Below, one piece after another: positions 8,700 to 17,615 of a stretch of 53,985 nt of DNA. A program made the translations under genes and the position numbers. The notes under the pieces are model-generated. The model was given only the letters and a program-made list of their open reading frames with translations. It ran no database searches and was not told the origin of the DNA. Source of the DNA: a virus (Duplodnaviria > Caudoviricetes); the IMG/VR virus record IMGVR_UViG_3300045996_001810, positions 1 to 53,985 of that record; one strand, written 5' to 3'. Each line of letters begins with the position of its first letter. Positions within the stretch are counted from its first letter, which is position 1.

Positions 8700-9195
8700 T
8701 GTCACGACACGAACCGGCCGGGCTGTACGGCGTCTAGTCTGCGCGTCGCCGCCTCATACACCGCGGCCCTCCTCCACCGTCGAGCGCCCCCTCCCTGCAG
8801 GGCGCTCGGCACCGCCCCCGCGTCGTGCGTCCCAGAAGGGCTCCTGGCCTCAGATGGGCAGCGGCGCGGGGGAGATTCACGCCGGGGGACCAACGCACGG
8901 CCATCTACCCGCGACCCACGGGGTAGGTGAGTGGCCACCCGAGTCACGGGAGCCAGCACACGCCGCGGGGCCGTGACCCGCGTGCTGGCTCCCCCACTCC
9001 GCTCGAGCTTTCCTGGACAGATGCGCTCGAACGGGAGCAGGTCAAGCGCCGTGCCCGTCCCGGACTGCGTCCCCGGGGCGGGCGCGCGGCCTTCTACGGG
9101 GCGGGCCTGCGGGTTTCTACCGTCCCGGCCGGCCTCCGGATGGTCGATGCTCCCCGCATGACCCACCGCCTGCGGGGCTGGAAGCACTAGACTAC
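8700..9195. ncRNA. Candidate large structured non-coding RNA
   Basis: No credible ORF; at least 8 stems including 12-bp 8948-8959/8982-8993 and a long-range pair 8732-8738/9186-9192. Confidence 0.5.
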
Positions 9196-9208
9196 GGACC
9201 GGGTATTG

Positions 9209-9236
9209 GACCGTCGACGTTATGCCGTCGACGGTC
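9209..9236. terminator. 11-bp perfect hairpin just after the terminase large subunit stop
   Basis: GACCGTCGACG-TTATGC-CGTCGACGGTC. Confidence 0.6.
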
Positions 9237-9245
9237 TAGCCCGAA

Positions 9246-10970
9246 CTAGAACCGCCGGGCCCGGACCCCTCCGTGCACCGTGGACGGCACGGAGGGGCCC
9301 TCGGCGGCCGGCGCGTTCGCCCTGCCGAGGACCGGGATCGCCGGCAGCGCGAGCGCGGCGTACGCGAAGACGTCGACCTGGTCGTCGTGCGACCCGTTCG
9401 GGAACGCGAGCAGCTCCCGCTCGTACTTCGCGAGCCACGGCGCGGCGAGCGGGTGAAAGACCGTGTGCGCTTCGTAGCGGGGGACGGCGCCCATCGCCCT
9501 GGTGACCTTGTCCGTGTCGGCCTTCAAGGGCCGGATGGCGTGTCCGGCGCGGGTGAGGCCCTGCACGACGGCTTGGCCGGCGGCCTTCTCCTCGATGCGG
9601 ACGTCTGAGACCTGCCAGGCGGCTTTGGTGCGCAGGATGAACGCGCGGAGCTCGGGGTCCTCGAAGTGGTGGCGTTCGACGTCGAGGAGGACCAGGTCGC
9701 GGTCGGGGGTGACCGCCCAGTGCGCCATCACCGAGTAGTCGGCGGTCTCCTTCTCGCTCGTGGCCGTGTCGACCGTGGCGAACCGGTAGAGCCACGCCCA
9801 GCCGACCCTTTTGACGACGCCGGCGGCGTGGTCGTCGAGGAGGAGGACGTCGCCGCGGCCTTCCCCGTGCTCGTCGAGGCGGTAGTAGCGGAAGTCGGCG
9901 CGCTTGAAGATGCCGCCCTCGTCGGGGGTCGGGGTCTGCTGGAACTGGGCGCTGAAGCCGTAGCGGCCGATCGCGCGGCGTAGGAGCTCGAGCTGCGCGG
10001 TGGGGTACATCTGCGGCCAGAGCGCCTCCCCGGGCTGGCGGCCGAGCTCGTCGGGCATGCCGTAGCCGTCGTCCTCCCCCGCGATGCCGGGGAGGCAGAG
10101 GACGTCCCATTCCTCCCCGTCCACGCCCTCGCGCGTCTGGCCCTCGGGGAGCTTGCGGCCCTGCTCGTCACGGGATGGGTCGTTCGCGAGGAGCTGGCCG
10201 CTCAGGTCGAGCTCGTGCCAGCGGGTCTGCAGGACGATCGCGCCGGCGCCGGGCATCATGCGGGTTCGGGCGGTCTCGCGCCACCAGGTCGCGGTCTTCT
10301 CCTGCATCACCTCCGAGCGGGCTTCCTCGGCGTTCTTGACGGGGTCGTCGACGACGAGCAGGTGCGCGCCGTACCCGGTGATCGTGCCCCCGACACCGGT
10401 GGAGAGCATGCCGCCGCGGCGGCCGTCGATGTTCCAGTCGTCCGCCTTGCTCGACCTGGGGTCGATGTGCACCTGGAAGAGGGCGGGGCCGACCTCCTCG
10501 AGCACGTCCCGGGCCTTGCGGCCCCAGGTGCCGGCGAACGTGGTGCCGTAGCCGGCGAGGATCACGCGCAGGTCCGGGTTCGTGCCCAGGAACCAGGCCG
10601 GGGTGTAGCGCGAGATGAGCTCGCTCTTGCCGTGCCGCGGCGGCATGAAGACCATCAGGCGGGGGCCCTGCGCGTCCGGGGGCAGGATGCCCTGCGCGAT
10701 CGCGTGCTGGACGCGCTGGACCTCGGCGACCAGGCGCACGATCCGCTCGGCGATCAGGAGGAGGTGCGGGGCGGGGTGCCAGAGGGAGGCGGGGTTGGGC
10801 TCCTCCCCGAGCTGCCCCGAGTGGACGTACGCGAACCCGGCCGGCGTGCTCGCGGCCAGGCTACGGGCGAGGGTCTCGTTCTCCGGGGTCCAGAGCCGGG
10901 CGGCGGCGCTGCTCCTCAGCGGCCCGGAGGAACTCGTGCGCCTTGGCGGCGAGGGCGGGGTCGAGACCAT
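9246..10970 (-). CDS. terL: Terminase large subunit
   Basis: Walker A MPPRHGKS, Walker B LLVVDDP, RNase H-like VDTA...HDDQVD; start chosen from the promoter motif at 10976. Confidence 0.95.
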   Translation of the reverse strand: MVSTPPSPPRRTSSSGPLRSSAAARLWTPENETLARSLAASTPAGFAYVHSGQLGEEPNPASLWHPAPHLLLIAERIVRLVAEVQRVQHAIAQGILPPDAQGPRLMVFMPPRHGKSELISRYTPAWFLGTNPDLRVILAGYGTTFAGTWGRKARDVLEEVGPALFQVHIDPRSSKADDWNIDGRRGGMLSTGVGGTITGYGAHLLVVDDPVKNAEEARSEVMQEKTATWWRETARTRMMPGAGAIVLQTRWHELDLSGQLLANDPSRDEQGRKLPEGQTREGVDGEEWDVLCLPGIAGEDDGYGMPDELGRQPGEALWPQMYPTAQLELLRRAIGRYGFSAQFQQTPTPDEGGIFKRADFRYYRLDEHGEGRGDVLLLDDHAAGVVKRVGWAWLYRFATVDTATSEKETADYSVMAHWAVTPDRDLVLLDVERHHFEDPELRAFILRTKAAWQVSDVRIEEKAAGQAVVQGLTRAGHAIRPLKADTDKVTRAMGAVPRYEAHTVFHPLAAPWLAKYERELLAFPNGSHDDQVDVFAYAALALPAIPVLGRANAPAAEGPSVPSTVHGGVRARRF

Positions 10971-11526
10971 CACCGGCGACTATCTGCACCGGCGCCCCCG
11001 TTTCAGAACCCGAGAGCTCCACCTGCGCCCGCGGCCCGTACACCTGCGGGAGCCGGCGCTCGAGGAACCAGGCGGCGGCGCGCCAGTCTCCCTGCACCCG
11101 CTCCTCCCGGCGCTCCACCGTCGTGCGCGACTTCCCCCCCGGCATCGGCTCGGTCTTCGTCACGTCCCGGGTGCGGGTGTGCGGCCCCATCGCCGCCCTG
11201 ATCACCGCCAAAGCCTGCACCTCGGCGGCAGCCGTCGCGCGCGCGCAAGCCTCCATGAAGTCCACGTACGGCGCCTCACGCGGGAGCGGGTCTATGGCGG
11301 CGGTGAGCTGGGCGATGCGCTTCGCTGACTTGCCTTTGTAGGCGTCGCGGGCGGTTTCGGCGTCGGCGATGCGGGCTTTCTCGGCTTTGCCGCGTTCGAG
11401 CCAGAGGTAGAAGGTGCTCTCGCCGATGCCGGCGGCTTGGCAGGCTTCGCGGGCGTAGGCGCCGGCTTCGATGGCGGTGGTGATGCGTTGCGCGACGTTG
11501 GGGGTGAGTTTGGTCTGGCGGCCCAT
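10861..11526 (-). CDS. terS: Terminase small subunit
   Basis: N-terminal HTH (GRQTKLTP...ACQAAGIGESTFYLWL), DWRAAAWFLERR; directly upstream of terL. Confidence 0.8.
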   Translation of the reverse strand: MGRQTKLTPNVAQRITTAIEAGAYAREACQAAGIGESTFYLWLERGKAEKARIADAETARDAYKGKSAKRIAQLTAAIDPLPREAPYVDFMEACARATAAAEVQALAVIRAAMGPHTRTRDVTKTEPMPGGKSRTTVERREERVQGDWRAAAWFLERRLPQVYGPRAQVELSGSETGAPVQIVAGDGLDPALAAKAHEFLRAAEEQRRRPALDPGERDPRP

Positions 11527-11548
11527 CAGGAGCGACTATCCCCGCGGG

Positions 11549-11935
11549 CTAGGTGAGGCCGAGGTCGATGGCGGCTTCGCCGAGGGCTTTGCGGACGCTG
11601 GCGTCGGGGTGCTGCTCGAAGGTCTGGAGGCAGATGACGGCGGCCTGTTCGATGGTCTCGCCCTTGACGAGGATGCCGCCTTCCGTGGGTTTGGGGCGGG
11701 GGGTGCCGAACTTGCCGAGGCGGCGTTTGTCGGGGTCGGGGGTGTGGTAGCGGCCGTGGGCGGGGATGCGGATGGCGGCGCTGGTGTAGCCGCCGGTGAG
11801 GACGGGCGGGTCGGGCGGGGTGCGTCGGAGGGCGGGGGTGACGTCGAGTTCGGGGAGGTAGCCGACGCGGTTGAGGGCGTCGTAGAGGGCTGAGTAGTGG
11901 GCGAGGCCGGGCGGGTGCGGGGCGGTGGCGATCAC
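11549..11935 (-). CDS. Hypothetical protein
   Basis: 128-aa ORF, overlapping operon arrangement. Confidence 0.6.
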   Translation of the reverse strand: MIATAPHPPGLAHYSALYDALNRVGYLPELDVTPALRRTPPDPPVLTGGYTSAAIRIPAHGRYHTPDPDKRRLGKFGTPRPKPTEGGILVKGETIEQAAVICLQTFEQHPDASVRKALGEAAIDLGLT

Positions 11936-12132
11936 TTCTTTCGGCCTCCGGGGTTCGTGGCGTTGAAGATCACGACGGCGGTGTGCGGGTCGTAGGGGCC
12001 GCTCTTGCTGTAGGCGACGTGCGCGACGATGCGGTCGTCGCGGGCGATCTCGGCCTCGAGGAGGGCCTCGAAGCGTTGGGGGTCCATCGCCTCGACGACC
12101 TTGACCTGGGTGCGCTCGTTGGTCATCGGCAT
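11932..12132 (-). CDS. Hypothetical protein
   Basis: 66-aa ORF coupled to its neighbours. Confidence 0.6.
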   Translation of the reverse strand: MPMTNERTQVKVVEAMDPQRFEALLEAEIARDDRIVAHVAYSKSGPYDPHTAVVIFNATNPGGRKK

Positions 12133-12890
12133 CAGCGGGGTCCGATCGGTTCGGTGATGGTCATGTGGCAGCTGGCGCAGAGGCTCCAGGGGGCGACGTG
12201 GGCGCCTTGGGCGGGGTCATCCTGGACGTGGGCGACGGTGCCGTCGCCGGTGGCGTCGAGACAGCATGTGCTGATGCGGCCGTCGACGAGGACGTTCCCC
12301 CAGCCTCGTCGGAGCCATTCGCAGGGGTCGGACGGGGCGCTGACGTGCCAGTCGACCTGGCCGGCCCAGTCGAACGAGCTGACGGAGGCGCCGGCGTTGT
12401 GGCTTTGCAGGATCCCGTGCCGTTTGGCGCGTTCGATCGCGGGGCCGGCCTTCTCGGGGCGGTGGAGGCTCACGAACACCTTGACGTTGCAGCGGGCGAG
12501 CCACTCGCAGGCGGCGTCGTCGAGGAGCAGCCCGTTCGTGCTGAAGTTGAGGTAGGCGTGCGGGAGCGCGGACCGGGCGAGCGCGATCATCTCCTGCCAT
12601 TGGGGGTGCAGGAGGGTCTCGCCGATCCCGGTGATGGAGAGCTCGCCTTGGGTGCCGTCCCGGTCCAGGAACGCGGCCCACTCCAGCGCCCGCTCGAACA
12701 CGTCGAGGGTCATGTGCGTCTTGGGCTGGCCGCGGTGCTTCTCGAGCTTCGGGCTCGGGCAGTAGACGCACCGGAGGTTGCAGTGCGTGCTCACCTCGAT
12801 TTGGTGGATGCTCGTGATCCGGCGGGGGTAGGCGTCGGCGATGCATTGGGCGTTGGCGCGGCCTTCGGGTGTGAGCATGCTGTCGGTCAT
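12132..12890 (-). CDS. Radical SAM protein with C-terminal SPASM/twitch-like Cys cluster
   Basis: CNLRCVYC, GIGETLLHP, FSTNG; C-terminal C...DGRISTCC...CASC. Confidence 0.88.
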   Translation of the reverse strand: MTDSMLTPEGRANAQCIADAYPRRITSIHQIEVSTHCNLRCVYCPSPKLEKHRGQPKTHMTLDVFERALEWAAFLDRDGTQGELSITGIGETLLHPQWQEMIALARSALPHAYLNFSTNGLLLDDAACEWLARCNVKVFVSLHRPEKAGPAIERAKRHGILQSHNAGASVSSFDWAGQVDWHVSAPSDPCEWLRRGWGNVLVDGRISTCCLDATGDGTVAHVQDDPAQGAHVAPWSLCASCHMTITEPIGPR

Positions 12891-12972
12891 CGGTCCCCCG
12901 GGAACTTGGTCTTCCACCATGCCTCGAGCACGATCCCGCAGGCGAGGACGCCTAGGACGATCAGTCCTCCGG

Positions 12973-13131
12973 TCATCGCTCGGCTCCGATGAAGCGGCGT
13001 GCGCGCGGCGGGAAGCCGTACTGGATCTCGAGGTAGTGGCCGCGGCCGCGGAGCACGGTCCAGGCGACGTCGAGGCGCTCCCGGTAGATGAGGGCGAGGG
13101 CGCGGAGCGCGATCAGGCGCGGCCGGTTCAT
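12973..13131 (-). CDS. Small hypothetical protein
   Basis: 52-aa ORF filling the gap with ATGA overlaps. Confidence 0.4.
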   Translation of the reverse strand: MNRPRLIALRALALIYRERLDVAWTVLRGRGHYLEIQYGFPPRARRFIGAER

Positions 13132-13460
13132 CGGGGCCTCCGGCGCATATCGTGGTGGCGGGCGGGCGCGGTCGGGCGGGGCTGGGGCTGCGGGGGGATC
13201 TCGAGGACGCGGTGGGCGACCGGGTCGAGGTCCATCTCGATCACGGGCCCGCCGAAGTAGCCGGGGACGCGGAGGTTGGCGAACTTGAGGTCGACGGGCA
13301 TGCGCTCGCCGCCGGGCAGGATCGCGGTCAGCTCGCCCTCGAAGTCGACCACGGTGCCGTGGATCTGTATGTGCGAGCGGAGCGCGCCGTGCGGCTGCGG
13401 CCGGCGGCGGATCGGGCCCTCGGGCGCGGTCGCGGTCATCGGCGTGGGCTCAGTCGTCAT
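13128..13460 (-). CDS. Hypothetical protein
   Basis: 110 aa; GAGAGG RBS. Confidence 0.6.
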   Translation of the reverse strand: MTTEPTPMTATAPEGPIRRRPQPHGALRSHIQIHGTVVDFEGELTAILPGGERMPVDLKFANLRVPGYFGGPVIEMDLDPVAHRVLEIPPQPQPRPTAPARHHDMRRRPR

Positions 13461-13659
13461 CGGGGGTGTCCTCTCGTCGCCTCGGGTGGTGGGCCAGGAA
13501 GCGCGCGAACGCGCCCGTCAGGAAGAGCGGCACCTCGCCCGTGTTCTCGATCCACCAGGAGATGTGCACCTGCTGGCCGGGCTGCAGGAGCCGCGGCTGC
13601 ACCGTGCTCGATTGCAGCTCGGCGGCGTGCGTGAAGATCGGGAACTCGTCGAGGTGCAT
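13450..13659 (-). CDS. Hypothetical protein
   Basis: 69 aa; TGATG coupling to the VRR-NUC gene. Confidence 0.5.
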   Translation of the reverse strand: MHLDEFPIFTHAAELQSSTVQPRLLQPGQQVHISWWIENTGEVPLFLTGAFARFLAHHPRRREDTPDDD

Positions 13660-14081
13660 CAGAGCTCGAGCGGCTCCTGGCCGGGGAGCCGCTGGTCCGG
13701 GCTCTCCGCGGGGACGGTCTTGTGCCCGAGCCGGGCGGCGATCCGGTCCCAGTCCGAGGGGCGCCAGAGGTGAACCTCCTGGCCGCACGCCTCGAGCTCG
13801 GCGAGGAGCCGGGTCTGTTCGGGGTCCACGCGGCCCTTCTCGGCCTTGAGCTCGGCGAAGAGCATCTGGCCGGTGCGGACGTGCCAGAGCGTGACGTCGG
13901 GCCAGCCCTTCGTCACGGTCTGCTTGACGTAGACGACGCGGCCGCCGCGCATGCGGGGGACGGGCCGGTTGTCGGGGGCGTGGAAGTGCCGCCAGCCGTG
14001 GTGGGCGGCGTACTGGAGGACGCGGGTCTGGAACTCGCTCTCGGGCCGCTCGCGGCGGCGGGTGGGCTTCCCGGCCGTCAT
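13659..14081 (-). CDS. VRR-NUC family nuclease
   Basis: ESEFQ...GWPDV...FAELK.EKGRV..EQ...WRPSDW. Confidence 0.88.
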   Translation of the reverse strand: MTAGKPTRRRERPESEFQTRVLQYAAHHGWRHFHAPDNRPVPRMRGGRVVYVKQTVTKGWPDVTLWHVRTGQMLFAELKAEKGRVDPEQTRLLAELEACGQEVHLWRPSDWDRIAARLGHKTVPAESPDQRLPGQEPLEL

Positions 14082-14470
14082 CGCCAGGACCCGTCCCCGG
14101 GCGGGGCGAATCCGCCGGGGCGCGGGTCGGCCCAGGCGGCGCGGTCCTCGAGCTGGCGGACCTTGCTCGCGTAGCCCTGCGCGCTGACCTGCCAGGCGAT
14201 CGCGGTCTTCTCGGCTTCGGCGGCGCGGCGCTCGGCGCGGAGGAGCCGGCGGGCTACGACCGTCGCGCAGCCCCACGCGACCGCGAGCTGCCAGCCGGTC
14301 TCGGGGATCGTCACCACGGAGAGGACCGCGCAGACCGCGAAGAGGTGCCAGGTCTCGACGCGCATGATCGCGCGGTGCGTCCCCGCCAGCGCCCGCCAGG
14401 CGAGCAGGCCGGCCCAGGCGGCGCAGGCGATGATCTGCCGGACGGGGGTGCGGAGGGTCAGGCGGGCCAT
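14078..14470 (-). CDS. Membrane protein with C-terminal coiled coil
   Basis: 2-3 hydrophobic segments; GGAGG RBS. Confidence 0.6.
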   Translation of the reverse strand: MARLTLRTPVRQIIACAAWAGLLAWRALAGTHRAIMRVETWHLFAVCAVLSVVTIPETGWQLAVAWGCATVVARRLLRAERRAAEAEKTAIAWQVSAQGYASKVRQLEDRAAWADPRPGGFAPPGDGSWR

Positions 14471-14472
14471 GG

Positions 14473-15693
14473 TCAGGCCTCCTCTCGGGTTGCGGTGCCG
14501 CCGGTGAGTTGCTCCCAGCGGTTCACGATCACGTCGCAGTAGGCGGGGTCGATCTCCAGGCCGCGGCAGACGCTGCCGGTCTTCGTCGCGGCGAGCAGCG
14601 TGGAGCCGCTGCCGAGGAAGGGGTCGGCGACTACGCACCCGGCGGGGGCGTGGCGCTCGAGGAGGTCGACGAGGAGCGGGACGGGCTTCTGGGTCGGGTG
14701 CTGCCGGCCGCGCGCGTCCTCGCCGAACATGCCGAAGTGCAGGTGCCGGAGCAGGTCGCGCTTGTGCGGGACGCGGCTCCAGATGAGCTCGAAGCCGGAC
14801 CCGAAGCCGCGGTCGGCTGACTCGGTGAGGCGCTTGTCCCAGACGAGCCAGGAGCCGGCGCGGGGGTCGGGGTCGAGGCTGGGGCGGTAGTAGTCGGCGC
14901 CGAACCAGAGCTGCTCGCAGTCGCCGAAGTAGGCGACGTGGAAGGCGGCGTCGAAAGGCTGGTCGTCGCCGTGCACGGGCCGGTGGACGGCGCCCGGGGC
15001 GAGGGCCTGGCCGTTGCCCCAGCCGGACCGGTCGGTGTCGAGGTCCATGCCGTAGGGCGGGTCGGTGAGCACGATCCCGACGTCGACGCCGGCGAACGCC
15101 CGGTCGAGCTGCAGCACGTCCGAGGAGTCGCCGCAGACGACCAGGTGCTCCCCGAGGCGGATCAGGTCCCCGGGCCGGGTGACGGGGTCGTCGGGGATCT
15201 CGGCGGCGGCGTCCGCGGCGCCGGGGTCTCCCCCGTCCCCCAGGGCGTCGCCGGCGTTGGTGCCCTCGATCAGGGCGGCGAGGTGGTCCTGGCTGAACCC
15301 GAGCGTGTCCAGGGCGGCGCCGGCCTCGGCGGCGGCGTTGAGGAACACGGTCAGCGCCTCGTTCTCCCACTCGCCGAACGGCTGGTTGTCGCGGACTGCC
15401 CACTCGTACGCCTGGGCGTCGGTGAGGCTGACGGTGAAGGTGGGGATGGTCTCCCAGGCGAGGTCGTCGCGGGCGACGGTCACGCGCTGGTTGCCGGCGA
15501 TGATGTAGCCGGTCTCCTCGTGCAGGATGACCGGGCGGGCCCAGAGCATGCCGGGGTCGCGGGAGAGCGCGCGCTGGAGCTGCTCGCGCTGCGCCTGGGT
15601 GATGAAGCGCGGGTTCGCGGGGTGCGGGGTGAGCTCGCCGATCGGCCGGAGCTCGGGCACGATCCGCGACGCGGCGAAGTCCGGGGTGCTCAT
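14473..15693 (-). CDS. ParB-like domain fused to DNA N6/N4 methyltransferase
   Basis: LTPHPANPR...IIAGNQR...DN (ParB); TDPPYG, HPTQKP, DPFLGSGSTL (MTase). Confidence 0.9.
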   Translation of the reverse strand: MSTPDFAASRIVPELRPIGELTPHPANPRFITQAQREQLQRALSRDPGMLWARPVILHEETGYIIAGNQRVTVARDDLAWETIPTFTVSLTDAQAYEWAVRDNQPFGEWENEALTVFLNAAAEAGAALDTLGFSQDHLAALIEGTNAGDALGDGGDPGAADAAAEIPDDPVTRPGDLIRLGEHLVVCGDSSDVLQLDRAFAGVDVGIVLTDPPYGMDLDTDRSGWGNGQALAPGAVHRPVHGDDQPFDAAFHVAYFGDCEQLWFGADYYRPSLDPDPRAGSWLVWDKRLTESADRGFGSGFELIWSRVPHKRDLLRHLHFGMFGEDARGRQHPTQKPVPLLVDLLERHAPAGCVVADPFLGSGSTLLAATKTGSVCRGLEIDPAYCDVIVNRWEQLTGGTATREEA

Positions 15694-15784
15694 CGGTCCA
15701 CCCAGGGGACGCCCATCATGTCGAGCGCGTTCGCGCCGCCCTCGCCGACCTGCCGGCGAAGCTGCGCGTGGAAGTCGGGGTCGA

Positions 15785-15901
15785 TCATGCCGCAATCCAG
15801 ACCGTCGCGAGGATCAGGCACCCGTAGAAGGCGACGTCGTCGCGGTCCCGCAGGTGGTAGGCCGCGGCGCAGAGCCAGAAGATGGCGAGGATGGTCTCCA
15901 T
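15785..15901 (-). CDS. Tiny hydrophobic protein
   Basis: 38 aa METILAIFWL..., coupled overlaps. Confidence 0.4.
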   Translation of the reverse strand: METILAIFWLCAAAYHLRDRDDVAFYGCLILATVWIAA

Positions 15902-16170
15902 CAGGCGATCTCGAACGCGGTGGGCGTGGAGGCGCGCAGGACGTCGATCGCTCGCCGGAGGGCGGCCGGGCTGGCGCCGGTGCGGGCCTGGATCTCGGAG
16001 CGTTTGAAGCCCATCGCGGCGAGGACGGCGACCTGGCAGCACAGGTCGATCTGCGGCCGGTAGTGGGCGCCGACCGCGGCGCGGAGCTCGCGCAGGAACC
16101 GGCTCTCGACGCCGGCGCGGGCTGGCGGGTCAGCCTGCGGTGCTTGGGGTGCGGACGGGGACGAACTCAT
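15901..16170 (-). CDS. Small HTH protein resembling sigma-70 region 4
   Basis: AMGFKRSEIQARTGAS aligns with AMGYSHAEIGETFGVS of the full sigma at 45593; own GGAGG RBS at 16175-16179. Confidence 0.6.
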   Translation of the reverse strand: MSSSPSAPQAPQADPPARAGVESRFLRELRAAVGAHYRPQIDLCCQVAVLAAMGFKRSEIQARTGASPAALRRAIDVLRASTPTAFEIA

Positions 16171-16720
16171 GCGGCCTCCGGGCGTTGTGCAGGGCGTTGT
16201 CGAGCCCAGTGCCCATCACGCGGCGCATCCCGCTCTGCTGCATCGCCCGCTCCGCGATCCCGTCGAGGCTGACCGGCGCCTGGTCATAGATCCAGGAGCG
16301 CCGGCCAGACTCGGGGTCGGTCACGTAGCGATGCTCGGGATGGAGCCGGTGCCATGCGTCCCCGAGCTTGCGGGGGAGGTACATGGCGGCGTACCCGCTG
16401 AATCTGCCGTCCTGCTGGTAGCCCTCGCGGCGCGGCTCGAACTTGCGGTCGAGCTCGCACATGATCGCGAGGCCCTCGAGCTTGAGCTCTTCGAACTCGC
16501 CTTCCTCCAGACCGGGGAGGGCGCGTTGGATGGTGGCGGCGACGAAGTTCTCGACGTCGTCGACGTCACGGAGGGCGAAGGGGCTGGCCAGCATTCCTCG
16601 GGCGGCAGGGGCGGGGTGGGTGCCGGGGCTCCCCTGCTGGCCGACAGGGCTGCCCGGGCGGGGCGGTGGGTCACCCTGACTTGTACTGGCCGCGGCGGCG
16701 TCCGTGGGGTGTTTGGACAC
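16130..16720 (-). CDS. Truncated sigma-70-like protein (region 2 and SLD motif, no region 4)
   Basis: RKFEPRR...RFSGYAAMYL...DAWHR resembles regions 2.2-2.4; APVSLD resembles region 3.2; start uncertain. Confidence 0.62.
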   Translation of the reverse strand: MSKHPTDAAAASTSQGDPPPRPGSPVGQQGSPGTHPAPAARGMLASPFALRDVDDVENFVAATIQRALPGLEEGEFEELKLEGLAIMCELDRKFEPRREGYQQDGRFSGYAAMYLPRKLGDAWHRLHPEHRYVTDPESGRRSWIYDQAPVSLDGIAERAMQQSGMRRVMGTGLDNALHNARRPHEFVPVRTPSTAG

Positions 16721-16805
16721 ATGGCCGATATCGCTCCGAAATCGCGACCGTTCCAGGCATCCCCGGTTTGGGGTAGGCCGCTGGTGGTGCGTGCACCACC
16801 ACGGA

Positions 16806-17615
16806 TCACGCGGCCTCCCTGAGCGCCAGGCCGAGCACGCGGCGGGCGAGCCGGTGATGGTGCTCGCTGCCGCCGGTGAACGCGGCCTCCCCGGACTGGA
16901 CGTCGAAGCCGGCCAGCTGCAGGCGGATGCCCCAGTCGTGCCAGGCGCTCTCCCCCATCGCCGCGGCGACCGCGGGACGTGACTGCTCCCAGGCGGCGGC
17001 CTCGGCGGCCGTGGGGGGCCGGAGGGTCGCGGCGGTGAGGGCGGCCTGGTCGCGTTGGCGGCGCGACCCGGCCCGTGCCCGACCGGCCCGCTCGGAGAGG
17101 GAGGCGGGTCCGGCTCCCCCCGCTTGCGGGGGGCTGGGGGGGTTCTTTCCCTCCCTCCCTACTTCCTTCACCCCATTAACACGCGAGGGATTCTGTCCCC
17201 CCGCGGGGAGAGTAAAGGGGACAGTTTCGGGGACAGTTTCCGCCCGCCGTTTCTCTACCCACGCGGGGACAGTTTCGGCCATCAGGGGACGGGCGCCCTC
17301 CGGCGGCGTCACCCGCCGCCGGCGCACCCGCGGCCCCCCCGCGGTCAGGTCAGGCAGCCGGTAGACGGTCGGCTTGCCGCGCCCGCCGCCCTTGCGCTCC
17401 ACCTCGAGCTCCCCGGCCGCGACGAGGTCCCGGACGTAGCCGGGGAACTTCGACGCGGTCACGTTGGCCTCGAGCGCGAGCTGCGCCTGGGGGACGGCGA
17501 CGAGCCGGTCGGGGTCCTCGTGGTGGGCGTGGTAGGCGATCGCGAGCAGCACGCACCGGGCGCGCCCCTCGCTGCGGCTATACGCGAGCACCTCCGCGAC
17601 CGCTTGAACGCTCAC
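16806..17615 (-). CDS. Replication initiator-like winged-helix protein
   Basis: SRSEGRARCVLLAIA.HA...LVAAGELEV...VYRL N-terminal wHTH; internal iterons; position in replication module. Confidence 0.7.
   Translation of the reverse strand: MSVQAVAEVLAYSRSEGRARCVLLAIAYHAHHEDPDRLVAVPQAQLALEANVTASKFPGYVRDLVAAGELEVERKGGGRGKPTVYRLPDLTAGGPRVRRRRVTPPEGARPLMAETVPAWVEKRRAETVPETVPFTLPAGGQNPSRVNGVKEVGREGKNPPSPPQAGGAGPASLSERAGRARAGSRRQRDQAALTAATLRPPTAAEAAAWEQSRPAVAAAMGESAWHDWGIRLQLAGFDVQSGEAAFTGGSEHHHRLARRVLGLALREAA
17144..17276. repeat. Putative replication origin: three GGGGACAGTTTC iterons, an inverted partial copy and an AT-richer tract
   Basis: Copies at 17217, 17229, 17265; inverted TTCTGTCCCC at 17191. 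Confidence 0.7.

Noticed and set aside
8702-9187. 161-aa minus-strand ORF
   Set aside because: Lacks the genome's GC3 bias and any motif; RNA structure explains the region better, though coding is not excluded
14627-14635. Partial late motif GCGACTACG inside the ParB-MTase gene
   Set aside because: Mismatched core and no adjacent start codon
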